Below are positions 24,464 through 32,000 of a stretch of 32,000 nt of DNA, one piece after another. This DNA is from Candidatus Saccharimonadota bacterium (GTDB taxonomy: Archaea; Nanohalarchaeota; Nanosalinia; Nanosalinales; Nanosalinaceae): contig NZ_CP180230.1 of assembly GCF_047555085.1 (NCBI RefSeq), positions 570,001 through 602,000 on the forward strand. Direction: 5' to 3'. Within the stretch, counting starts at the first letter, position 1. Every line of letters begins with the position of its first letter. The notes beneath the pieces were generated by a model that saw only the letters and a list, made by a program, of their open reading frames with translations, did no database searches and had not been told where the DNA came from. The translations under genes and the position numbers were made by a program.

Positions 24464-25786
24464 ATGAGCGTGAATCTTGAAAGTCTGAAAGGGACGTACG
24501 ACAGGTATCCTGGTGAATGGGCGTCTTGGAGGAAACTGATAGATGTTGTTGATGAAACAGCTGGAGAGTTCGGATTCCGGCAGTTGAATCCTCCGACGAT
24601 CGAGAGACAGGAGTTATGGACGGAAAAAGAGGAGGACTCTGTTACAGACGAGATGTATGCCTTCACGGATAAAGGCGGTAACGAGATAACACTTATTCCT
24701 GAGCAGACTCCTACAAGAGCTAGATTGATTCAGAAGAGAAAAGATCTGAAAAAGCCTGTGAAATGGTACGACACCTCCAAGAGATGGCGTTACGAAGACG
24801 TCACACGCGGAAGAGACAGAGAATTTTTGCAGGGAGACTTCGATATCTTCGGAATACAGTCAGTCGAGGCCGATGCCGAGATAATCACAGCAGCAGCCAT
24901 CATCTACAGAAAACTGAGCAAGGAGACTGAAACAGATCTTACTGATCGCATCGTATTCAAGATCAGTGACAGGCAGATAGTTGAAGGATTCCTCGAACTA
25001 AACGACATCCCTGAAGTTGAGGAAGTCATGAAAGTCATTGATGATGAGGAGAAGATGAAAAGAGAAGAGTTCATCGAGGAACTTGAAGAACTGGGCCTGA
25101 AACAGGAGGAAATCAGGAAAGTAGACGATCTTATGAATGTCTCCGGTGCTGATAACGAGCAGCAGCTGGAGGAACTGGAAAAAATCGCTCCAGAACAGCT
25201 ACAGGGCCGTATAGACAGGATGCGTTCCCTTGTAGAAGCCCTGGATGCCTACGGAGTCTCAGACATGATAGAAATCGACCTATCTATCGTCAGAGGCCTG
25301 GCATACTACACAGGCCTTGTGTTCGAGGCCTTTGACTCTGAAGGCGAGCTTCGTGCTTTATTCGGAGGTGGAAGATACGACGAGCTTGTGGGCGAGTTCG
25401 GAGATCAGGATGTTCCTGCTGTAGGGTTCGCATTCGGATACTCCACGACTATCGAACTCCTGAAGAAGGAAGACGAGTGGCCTCTGAAGGAGATCGAGAC
25501 GGATGTCTACGTTCTCTCAGTCAGCGACAGCGTGAGAGACATCGCTCTTGATTATGCAACAAAATTAAGGAGTGAAGGCCTATCCGTGGAAACAGATCTT
25601 GCCGGAAGAGGATTCGGAACACAGCTGGGATACGCTGACGACATGAACGCGGAAAGGGTGCTGATCATCGGTGAGAGAGATCTGGAAAACGATGAAGTCA
25701 CGATGAAGCACATGGATTCTGGCGAAGAGGAGACACTGGATAGAGATGAAGTAATAGAGCATCTGAAATCAGAAGAATTTATCTGA
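24464..25786 (+). CDS. hisS: Histidine--tRNA ligase
   Basis: Class II motifs: LIPEQTPTRARL, RWRYEDVTRGRDREFLQGDFDIFG, RGLAYYTGLVFEAF and GGGRYDELV. A GGTGA Shine-Dalgarno lies 6 nt upstream. Confidence 0.92.
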   Translation: MSVNLESLKGTYDRYPGEWASWRKLIDVVDETAGEFGFRQLNPPTIERQELWTEKEEDSVTDEMYAFTDKGGNEITLIPEQTPTRARLIQKRKDLKKPVKWYDTSKRWRYEDVTRGRDREFLQGDFDIFGIQSVEADAEIITAAAIIYRKLSKETETDLTDRIVFKISDRQIVEGFLELNDIPEVEEVMKVIDDEEKMKREEFIEELEELGLKQEEIRKVDDLMNVSGADNEQQLEELEKIAPEQLQGRIDRMRSLVEALDAYGVSDMIEIDLSIVRGLAYYTGLVFEAFDSEGELRALFGGGRYDELVGEFGDQDVPAVGFAFGYSTTIELLKKEDEWPLKEIETDVYVLSVSDSVRDIALDYATKLRSEGLSVETDLAGRGFGTQLGYADDMNAERVLIIGERDLENDEVTMKHMDSGEEETLDRDEVIEHLKSEEFI

Positions 25787-25819
25787 AGAACTCTTTCCAG
25801 GAAAAATTCTTCTTTACAT

Positions 25820-26206
25820 TTACTTTCTGGAGAATTCTCCGAGACTTTTCTGCATCTGTTCCTCTTCCGTGAAAAAGTTGTACTCTCTTGCTATCCAGCG
25901 AGTCAGAAGATTTACAACGGCCTCTATCTCACTCTCGGAAAGCTTTCTTCCCGCAGGAATTCTATGCGCTCGGGAGAGCTCTCTGCGTGAAGAACAGCGG
26001 CAGGCATGCATCGCCTTGTATATAGGATTACCGGCCTTCGGCGTCTGAACGCCATCATTATCCGGCTGTTCCTCCAGCTTGTTCCTGACTATTTTCCGGG
26101 CCTGATCCTTTATCTCCTGGATGCCCTGTTCCTGTACAAGCCTGTAATCTGTATCGTTCAGCCTGGGCATCTCCTTTGTACGTCCCGGGAGTTTGAGCTT
26201 TCTCAT
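25820..26206 (-). CDS. DUF4186-like protein (tentative)
   Basis: NPIYKAMHACRCSSRRELSRAHRIPAGRKLSESEIEAVVNLLTRWI resembles, from memory, the conserved core of DUF4186 (HATATCCRGCL.KWH.IP.GR.L...E...IV..I..WI), but with a degenerate Cys cluster. Confidence 0.45.
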   Translation of the reverse strand: MRKLKLPGRTKEMPRLNDTDYRLVQEQGIQEIKDQARKIVRNKLEEQPDNDGVQTPKAGNPIYKAMHACRCSSRRELSRAHRIPAGRKLSESEIEAVVNLLTRWIAREYNFFTEEEQMQKSLGEFSRK

Positions 26207-26266
26207 GAAGAACTATGACTTTTCAATTCTTTAATAAATAGAAAAATTTCAGGAAATATGAGGCCT

Positions 26267-26827
26267 TCAGGACTGTCTTATATCAGTTTCAATATCCTCA
26301 GCAGTCTCTAACTCGTCTTCAAGCACCTCTGCCTCCTCAGCATCCGTCGTAATCTTGTTCTCGATCTTCGACATCATCTCATCATGAGAGAAATTCTCGC
26401 CTTTGAGAACTTTCTCTGCGGCCTCTACAATCTGCTCCAGTCTCTGAATCTCCTCATCAGTCTTTGAGACGGCATCCTGTATAACCTCCAGAAGCCTCTG
26501 ATGCTCCTCTACGAGCGGCTTCGAGGCCTGTAGCTTTCCTTCATGATCCCTGAGTTTCTCCAGTTCAGAACGGATACTTTTCTCCCGTGGTTCAACATCG
26601 TCCTCGATGTATATCTCTATACTTCCGACCCTGTCCTCCACAACATTTTCAGACAGGCCCTGCTTCAAGGCCCTGAAAAGATTCATCTCAGCTTCAAGAG
26701 CATCTTCAATAGCGTTCTGAAGCGACTCCAGATCAGAGATTATCTGCGACTCCTCAAACTCGATTTCCTCTTCCGGAGAATCAGGACCATCATCTTCACC
26801 ACTGCTGAAAGGATTCAGTATACTCAT
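26267..26827 (-). CDS. Acidic coiled-coil protein (186 aa), unknown function
   Basis: ORF with a TATA-like ttgataaa at -23..-30 of the ATG. No enzymatic motif. Confidence 0.55.
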   Translation of the reverse strand: MSILNPFSSGEDDGPDSPEEEIEFEESQIISDLESLQNAIEDALEAEMNLFRALKQGLSENVVEDRVGSIEIYIEDDVEPREKSIRSELEKLRDHEGKLQASKPLVEEHQRLLEVIQDAVSKTDEEIQRLEQIVEAAEKVLKGENFSHDEMMSKIENKITTDAEEAEVLEDELETAEDIETDIRQS

Positions 26828-27053
26828 ACACAGAAATTAGTGCTCTTGGTTTATCAAATCTGCGTGAAAAAAGCTGTCATTCGCAGACTTCTATCCTGAT
26901 AGGCCTGTGATCTGAAAAAGTCTCTTCAAGCCGTGTAACTTCTACATCAAGTCCTGGAGAGCTGAAGGCCATATCAAGTTTTTTCTTGCGTTAATCGATA
27001 CTATTTTCACGTGTAACAAACTTTTACACCCGACACGATAAATACAATTTGGA

Positions 27054-27061
27054 TTAAAAAT
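27054..27061 (+). promoter_or_regulatory. TATA-like box (ttaaaaat) at -29..-22 of the ychF-like ATG
   Basis: Read directly. Confidence 0.35.
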
Positions 27062-27082
27062 CTTCTTGCATCAATTTTCTCC

Positions 27083-28279
27083 ATGCCTTACAAAATCGGA
27101 TTAGTAGGAAAGCCTTCTGTAGGAAAATCCACATTCTTCAATGCAGCGACGATGAACTCTGTCGATGAAGGAAACTATCCCTTCACAACTATCGATCCAA
27201 GTGTGGGAGAGGCCTACGTACGTGTAGACTGTGCAGCACCGGACTTCGACGAAGAATGCGATCCACGAGTAGGATTCTGCCACGACGGCATCAGGCATGT
27301 CCCCGTCAAACTTGTCGATGTAGCAGGATTGATTCCAGGAGCTCACGAAGGTAAAGGCCTTGGCAACAAGTTCCTGACAGATCTTAACGAGGCCGATGTA
27401 CTGATTCACATCGTGGATTTTTCCGGTGAGACAGATATCGAGGGAGAGCCGACGGAAGGTCACGATCCACGGGAAGATATCGATTTCCTGGAAGAGGAGC
27501 TTGACATGTGGTACCTGGAGATCCTGGAGAAAGGGATCGAGAGATACGAGTCAAAGATGAATCAGCAGGACGTGAAGCTTGAGGAAGAGTTAGCGGAGCA
27601 GATGTCTGCCTTCAAGACTAACAAGAACGAGATCAAACAGTTAATTTTACAGGAAGGCCTTGAACTTGATCCTGATACCTGGGATGAGGAAGACAGAAAA
27701 CAGCTTGCACGGACGATCCGTAAAGAGACCAAGCCGATGATCGTCGCAGCGAATAAAATGGATACAGAAAAGGCCCAGGAAAACTTTGAGGAGATCACTT
27801 CTGATCCGGAGTACGAGCATCTTGACTTTGTACCGGCCTCTGCTCACGCTGAGAAGGCCCTGAAGAATGCTGCAGAACAGGACGTCGTTGATTACTATCC
27901 GGGAGATGAAGATTTCGAAATTTTAACGGATGACTTGCCTGAGGAGAAAAGTAAAGGCCTTGAACAGATCAGAGAGTTTATGGATAAGTACGGCGGTACA
28001 GGCGTACAAAAGGCCTTGGAAGACGCACTGTTCGAGGAATTAGGAGTTATGGCTGTCTTCCCTGGAGGTGCTGACGGACTGGGCGACGAACACGGCAATA
28101 TCTTGCCAGACTGCTTCCTTGTTCCAGAAGGTGCGACTGCTGAAGACTTCGCGTATACTATCCACAGTGATCTTGGGGAAGGATTCATTCATGCTATTGA
28201 TTGCCGTGAGAATCGTCAGATAGGCGCCGATCACGAGCTTGAGCATACTGATGTCATCGAGATTGTGTCTTCTAACTAG
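27083..28279 (+). CDS. ychF: Obg-family P-loop GTPase/ATPase, YchF/OLA1-like, with a C-terminal TGS domain
   Basis: G1 GLVGKPSVGKSTFFNAAT, NYPFTTIDPSVG, G3 DVAGLIPGAHEG, G4 ANKMD, and a C-terminal TGS-like LVPEGATAEDFAYTIHSDLGEGFIHA. Confidence 0.85.
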   Translation: MPYKIGLVGKPSVGKSTFFNAATMNSVDEGNYPFTTIDPSVGEAYVRVDCAAPDFDEECDPRVGFCHDGIRHVPVKLVDVAGLIPGAHEGKGLGNKFLTDLNEADVLIHIVDFSGETDIEGEPTEGHDPREDIDFLEEELDMWYLEILEKGIERYESKMNQQDVKLEEELAEQMSAFKTNKNEIKQLILQEGLELDPDTWDEEDRKQLARTIRKETKPMIVAANKMDTEKAQENFEEITSDPEYEHLDFVPASAHAEKALKNAAEQDVVDYYPGDEDFEILTDDLPEEKSKGLEQIREFMDKYGGTGVQKALEDALFEELGVMAVFPGGADGLGDEHGNILPDCFLVPEGATAEDFAYTIHSDLGEGFIHAIDCRENRQIGADHELEHTDVIEIVSSN

Positions 28280-28292
28280 AAAAATTATTTAG

Positions 28293-28314
28293 AGGCCTGT
28301 AAAATTTCAGGCCT
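28293..28314. terminator. AGGCCT-N10-AGGCCT potential hairpin between the convergent ychF and membrane-protein stops
   Basis: Read directly (aggcctgtaaaatttcaggcct). The motif is self-complementary, so the two copies can pair into a 6-bp stem. Confidence 0.3.
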
Positions 28315-28654
28315 GTTTCTTGCTTAATCTTAGTAATAGAGCTGTCGGGAGTCCCAGGAAAATTGCTGTTACAAACGTTATGGTAGTCCAGAACTCTTCT
28401 CCAAGCGGGTACGATGTCAGAGGCCCGGCTACAACCAGTGCAACTCCTACCACACCGTATAGATCAAGGAGTGATTTGTATCTTTTTGCTCCGCCGACAA
28501 ACAGGCCTGCAGAGATCATAAGCACGCCGTAGAGAACGGTTATAAGCTGATCCATCATAGGGAAAGTTATATCGATGGGAAGCATTCCGAAAGTGACTGG
28601 CGCGGTTACAAACACAAGTCCAAGTATGACTGCGGAGACAGATCTCTCACTCAT
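28307..28654 (-). CDS. Small multi-TM membrane protein (115 aa)
   Basis: I truncated the track ORF (28307-28777) to the ATG at 28654 (MSERSVSAVILGL...). The longer form would overlap the nfi start and its promoter. The protein has three or four hydrophobic helices. Confidence 0.55.
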   Translation of the reverse strand: MSERSVSAVILGLVFVTAPVTFGMLPIDITFPMMDQLITVLYGVLMISAGLFVGGAKRYKSLLDLYGVVGVALVVAGPLTSYPLGEEFWTTITFVTAIFLGLPTALLLRLSKKQA

Positions 28655-28746
28655 GCAACAGTTTAACGTGAAAGAAGTTGAAAAACACTTTGGAGCCGGA
28701 CAAATCTTTTTAGCAAATAAAACAGAAAGAAACTGCAGAAGAAGAT

Positions 28747-29484
28747 ATGGAACCTGTAAATCCTGAACTAGTGCCACGGAAAGGCCTCAAGAAAGAGGAG
28801 ATGAAGAATCTACAGAGAAATATAGCGGAGAAAGCAGTATTCCAGGACAGATTCAAGTTCAGTGCAGAAAGGCCTGAAGAGCTGACAGTGGCCGGAGTAG
28901 ATCAGGCCTTTACCGACGATAAATCCGTCAGCGCAGCCGTTGTCATGGAGGACGGCGAAGTAATCGAAGAGGCCTCCGCAGCCGCTGAACTCGATATACC
29001 GTACATCCCCGGACTTCTGGCATTCAGGGAAGGCGAGTCGATAGTCAAGGCCCTGGGAAATCTTGATGCGGAACCTGATATTCTTTTTCTGGATGGAAGC
29101 GGGCGTATACACTTCCGAGAGGCCGGTATTGCCACGCACATAGGAGTGATATTTGATGAACCTTCTATAGGGATCGCAAAGAATCTTCTCTGCGGTGAAA
29201 CCAGCTGGAACGGCGGAAAACTTGAGCAGGGTCGTAAAATACCGGTCACAGCCAGTGAAAAAGTTGAAAACACAGAGAACGGGGAAATAATCGGGTACAC
29301 ATTCCAGTCAAAGCAGTACACCGGCGACAGAAAAATCAATCCGCTTTACGTAAGTCCCGGCCACAGAATCAGCGCTGGCTCATCAGTGAAGATTGTGGAA
29401 GAGTTCTGCCAGAACTACAAACTTCCTGAACCTACCAGACTTGCGGATAAACGTGTAAGTGAACTCAAAGACGAATACCGGTAG
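28747..29484 (+). CDS. nfi: Endonuclease V (deoxyinosine 3' endonuclease)
   Basis: VAGVDQAF, PYIPGLLAFREGE, LFLDGSGRIHFREAGIATHIGV, IGIAKNLL and YVSPGHRIS are canonical EndoV blocks. Confidence 0.9.
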   Translation: MEPVNPELVPRKGLKKEEMKNLQRNIAEKAVFQDRFKFSAERPEELTVAGVDQAFTDDKSVSAAVVMEDGEVIEEASAAAELDIPYIPGLLAFREGESIVKALGNLDAEPDILFLDGSGRIHFREAGIATHIGVIFDEPSIGIAKNLLCGETSWNGGKLEQGRKIPVTASEKVENTENGEIIGYTFQSKQYTGDRKINPLYVSPGHRISAGSSVKIVEEFCQNYKLPEPTRLADKRVSELKDEYR

Positions 29485-29538
29485 AGGCCTTAAACTACAT
29501 CAATTAAAAATTTGTGTGTCTATCTCTGTATACACAGA

Positions 29539-29612
29539 GGGCTCTTAGTTCAGCTTGGCGGAACGCTTCCTTGGCAGGGAAGAGGCCTCGGGTTCAAATC
29601 CCGAAGAGTCCA
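29539..29612 (+). tRNA. tRNA-Ala (anticodon GGC), no encoded CCA
   Basis: Hand-folded: acceptor GGGCTCT/AGAGTCC including the G3:U70 alanine identity pair, anticodon arm CTTCC-TTGGCAG-GGAAG, T arm TCGGG-TTCAAAT-CCCGA. The variable region contains an AGGCCT copy. Confidence 0.9.
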
Positions 29613-29676
29613 TACACATAGACACCATATAGATTAATTTTTCCAGCTTCTGACTTCTTGCGGCTTCAGATCTATT

Positions 29677-30804
29677 TTACCGGCTGTAACTGTAAAGCCC
29701 TATCAATAGGCCTGCTGTGTTTATTATGAGTATGTGTGGAAGTAGTTCTGGAGTGTAAGCTACTGAAAGATAAAGCTGCGGTATCAGGATTACACCGATT
29801 CCCAGCATGTACTTGATGAATGCATCAGCGTGGAAAAGTTTTTCATTGGGCTTCAGGCCTGTAATATGTGATGCAACAGCCATGTTGTATACTGTCATGG
29901 ACGCTGTTGTAAACACGCCTAGCAGTAGATGCCCGGAGTAGAAAATACCTGAGATAAGTACTGCAGAAACTGAAACAGGAACTGCTACAGCAGTGTAGGC
30001 CTGTTTCTTAGATTTCATGATTTCTTGAAGATCTAATGGGAGGAAAGTGTAGTCTTCAAGTTCATCGAATCTGTTAAGCCAGTTATACACTGTGAGGGAT
30101 ACAAGGCCCATGATAACGCTGTATGAAAGCAGTGGATTGGACAGGAATATGGACGTTACCGGGAAGTAAAGTACTAGAGTCCAGTAGAACGCTGTCAGAA
30201 GGCCTACAGAGAAAAGAATCTTCAGGAATCCACCCGAGGATCTGAAGAGATCAAGCACAGATTTTGCGGACAAAGGCCTCAATCCGGATAGCCTGCCGTA
30301 GTTGAGGAAGCGATTTGAGGGCAGGGTTAGCGAACTTACTGTTATTACTGTGCTGACAAGTATTCCTCCCAAGAAGAGTAAAGGAGCCATATAGACTACC
30401 GAGACATAGTTAAGGCCTGCTAGTATAAGGAATCCTGCGATTATAGGCAGCACCATGAGTACAGAGTAGTAGAATATATCCTTGACTACAAAACTTGTAA
30501 TCAGGCTTTTTCGTGATATCGGCAGTGTTCTGGAGGTGAATACGAGATAGTTTGTCCTGCCCAGTACATTTCTGAATGCATCACGGCTTGAAAATCCTAC
30601 AGCTCCAACTCCAAGCCCCAGGAAAGCTGAGAGGCCTAGCACAAAGTTCTGAAGTGTTTCAGCAGTTATAACAGAAAAATTCAATGCCATCCAGTTCCAG
30701 GCAAAACTGAAGAAAAATACAAGTACGGGGAAAGCTGCAAAAGAGCGGCCTCTGTACAGCGCAGAGTTCTTGCGCCACTCCTCTTCAATCATCTTCTTTA
30801 TCAT
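29677..30804 (-). CDS. ABC transporter permease-like polytopic membrane protein
   Basis: 375 aa with about 10 hydrophobic helices. It lies directly downstream of the ABC ATPase on the same strand. Confidence 0.65.
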   Translation of the reverse strand: MIKKMIEEEWRKNSALYRGRSFAAFPVLVFFFSFAWNWMALNFSVITAETLQNFVLGLSAFLGLGVGAVGFSSRDAFRNVLGRTNYLVFTSRTLPISRKSLITSFVVKDIFYYSVLMVLPIIAGFLILAGLNYVSVVYMAPLLFLGGILVSTVITVSSLTLPSNRFLNYGRLSGLRPLSAKSVLDLFRSSGGFLKILFSVGLLTAFYWTLVLYFPVTSIFLSNPLLSYSVIMGLVSLTVYNWLNRFDELEDYTFLPLDLQEIMKSKKQAYTAVAVPVSVSAVLISGIFYSGHLLLGVFTTASMTVYNMAVASHITGLKPNEKLFHADAFIKYMLGIGVILIPQLYLSVAYTPELLPHILIINTAGLLIGLYSYSR

Positions 30805-30829
30805 AATTTTTTACAGGCCTCTACGTTAA

Positions 30830-31507
30830 TTATTGATCTTCCAGGAATTTTTCCTTCAAGTTTTCGACTTCTGTGATCTCTCTAGTTATTTTTCCATCTT
30901 TAAGGAAGAAAACTCTATCGCATACCTCTTCTGCCAGGGAGATAACGTGTGTGCAGAGGAAGACTGTGCCTCCGTTGTCTCTTCTCTCCTTGAAAACTTT
31001 CTTGGCCTCTTCCTGGACTACAGGATCAAGATTGACGAGAGGCTCATCGATGAAAACAATCTCTGGATCATGGAAGAAGGCCTGAGTAATCATAAGTTTC
31101 TGTCTCTCTCCCTTGGAAAGATTGCGCGTCTGACTATCCATTTTTCCCTCCATGTTCAGTCTTTCTATCCAGGCCTGTTTATCGATTTCAGTATCCCTTG
31201 TATCTGAGACAAAGTCGAGGTATTCGCTGCCCGTCAGAAAGCTAGGCGGATCCTCTCTTTCCGGGAGTATGCCCATTTTTTCACGGGCCTCTACAGGATT
31301 TTCCGATGGATCTATTCCAAGTATCTCTGCAGTTCCTGCATCCGATTTCATCTGGCCTGTCAGTATCTGGATTAAAGTAGATTTCCCTGCGCCATTCGGG
31401 CCAAGTACACCGACTATCTCGCCCTCCTCCACTTCAAGATCGATGCCGTCAAGCGCTTTTACATCACCGAAACTTTTCTTCAGGCCTTTAACTTCGATAA
31501 GAGACAT
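30830..31507 (-). CDS. ABC transporter ATP-binding protein
   Basis: Walker A GPNGAGKST, signature LSKGERQKL, Walker B IVFIDEP, H-loop CTHV. Confidence 0.9.
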   Translation of the reverse strand: MSLIEVKGLKKSFGDVKALDGIDLEVEEGEIVGVLGPNGAGKSTLIQILTGQMKSDAGTAEILGIDPSENPVEAREKMGILPEREDPPSFLTGSEYLDFVSDTRDTEIDKQAWIERLNMEGKMDSQTRNLSKGERQKLMITQAFFHDPEIVFIDEPLVNLDPVVQEEAKKVFKERRDNGGTVFLCTHVISLAEEVCDRVFFLKDGKITREITEVENLKEKFLEDQ

Positions 31508-31605
31508 TGTTTGAACACTTATTCAGGCCTGTATAAATTGGTTGGGGGATGGAGTGAAGGAACAGTGGTTTAAGTTTAAATGCAGAAGTTCTTCTCTGTA
31601 CTGCG

Positions 31606-32000
31606 ATGAATCCTCAGGAAAGCGATAATGTTCTAAAGCACATACAGAGCGACAAGAAAAAGGTTTCAAACTTTCTCGATAACTATCTGGATGAATGGGA
31701 GGAGATGGAGCCTGATGCAAGCCGCTGGAGATCAGACATCAAGGGAAGAATGAAGGAAATGGCGAAAGGCGGCAAAATGGTGCGTGGCGCACTTGTACTT
31801 AAAACAAATAATTTCTACGACGGAAAAAATACAGATGAGGCAGTAAAAGTTGCCGGAGCGATTGAACTTCTGCATACAGGCCTCCTCATGCACGACGATA
31901 TAATCGACAAAGACGATTACAGGAGAGGGATGCCGACTTTCGCCAAGCAGTATCAGGAACTTGGTGAAGACGAGGATCTTGACAACGTCGAGCATTTCGG
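31606..32000 (+). CDS. Polyprenyl (geranylgeranyl) diphosphate synthase; 3' end cut by the window edge
   Basis: Absent from the ORF track. My translation reads MNPQESDNVLKHIQ...GGKMVRGALVLKT...AGAIELLHTGLLMHDDIIDKDDYRRGMPT, which contains the first Asp-rich FARM motif plus RRG. Confidence 0.85.
   Translation, partial: MNPQESDNVLKHIQSDKKKVSNFLDNYLDEWEEMEPDASRWRSDIKGRMKEMAKGGKMVRGALVLKTNNFYDGKNTDEAVKVAGAIELLHTGLLMHDDIIDKDDYRRGMPTFAKQYQELGEDEDLDNVEHF

Noticed and set aside
26828-27082. A 255-bp divergent intergenic region with short hairpins (ctgcg-N17-cgcag; gtgtaa-N7-ttacac at about 27011-27029), considered as a possible ncRNA
   Set aside because: The stems are only 5-6 bp and no conserved RNA motif is recognisable. 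The region is most simply two back-to-back promoters.
28655-28777. N-terminal 41-aa extension of the 28307-28777 ORF
   Set aside because: It would overlap the nfi start and promoter. The extension is Cys/Phe/Leu-rich and non-acidic, and the internal ATG at 28654 begins directly at the membrane domain.
31523-31995. Minus-strand ORFs 31523-31720 and 31732-31995
   Set aside because: They are antisense to the plus-strand polyprenyl synthase frame, which contains the LLHTGLLMHDDIID (DDxxD) motif.
1-32000. CRISPR arrays, IS elements or transposases, and rRNA genes
   Set aside because: No regularly spaced direct repeats with unique spacers were seen. The repetitive gaa/gag stretches are coding low-complexity sequence from acidic coiled coils. 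No transposase-like ORFs or terminal inverted repeats are present, and there is no rRNA-like sequence.

Overview
Densely coded archaeal chromosomal window with about 37 protein genes and 2 tRNAs. There are no rRNA genes, CRISPR arrays, transposases or integrases.

Lineage: the proteins are extremely acidic while the DNA is only about 45% GC by eye. The window also has an archaea/eukaryote-specific L40e gene, tRNAs without an encoded CCA, and a polyprenyl (GGPP-type) synthase. Many genes have a TATA box 22-32 nt upstream of the start, which suggests leaderless mRNAs. Together this points to a low-GC halophilic archaeon, best guess Nanohaloarchaeota/DPANN-like. That placement is inference.

Housekeeping and ordinary content: two P-type ATPases, a REC-PAS histidine kinase, an aldo/keto reductase, oligoendopeptidase F, a Zn-dependent alcohol dehydrogenase, HisRS, a YchF-like GTPase, endonuclease V, an ABC exporter pair and a polyprenyl synthase. 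A copper module is also present: DUF305, a CopB-type ATPase and a divergent PadR regulator with a Cys-rich tail.

Two signals stand out.
1. A five-gene minus-strand cluster at 16321-23313. It encodes two paralogous signal-peptide/3-TM proteins with long acidic coiled coils, an acidic coiled-coil protein, and two soluble proteins. The two soluble proteins share a homologous N-terminal coiled-coil adaptor but carry different C-terminal heads: a JAMM/MPN+ metalloprotease and a domain with phospho-Ser/Thr-lyase-like (OspF/SpvC/HopA1/LanL-lyase) motifs. I recognise no described system with this organisation.
2. The palindromic hexamer AGGCCT occurs about 130 times by hand count, roughly 20-fold over my rough random expectation. 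It appears in all three reading frames, in intergenic DNA and even inside a tRNA.

The supplied ORF track misses four genes: the two edge-truncated genes, rpl40e and both tRNAs. It also contains many Ser/Leu/Phe-rich antisense shadow ORFs.
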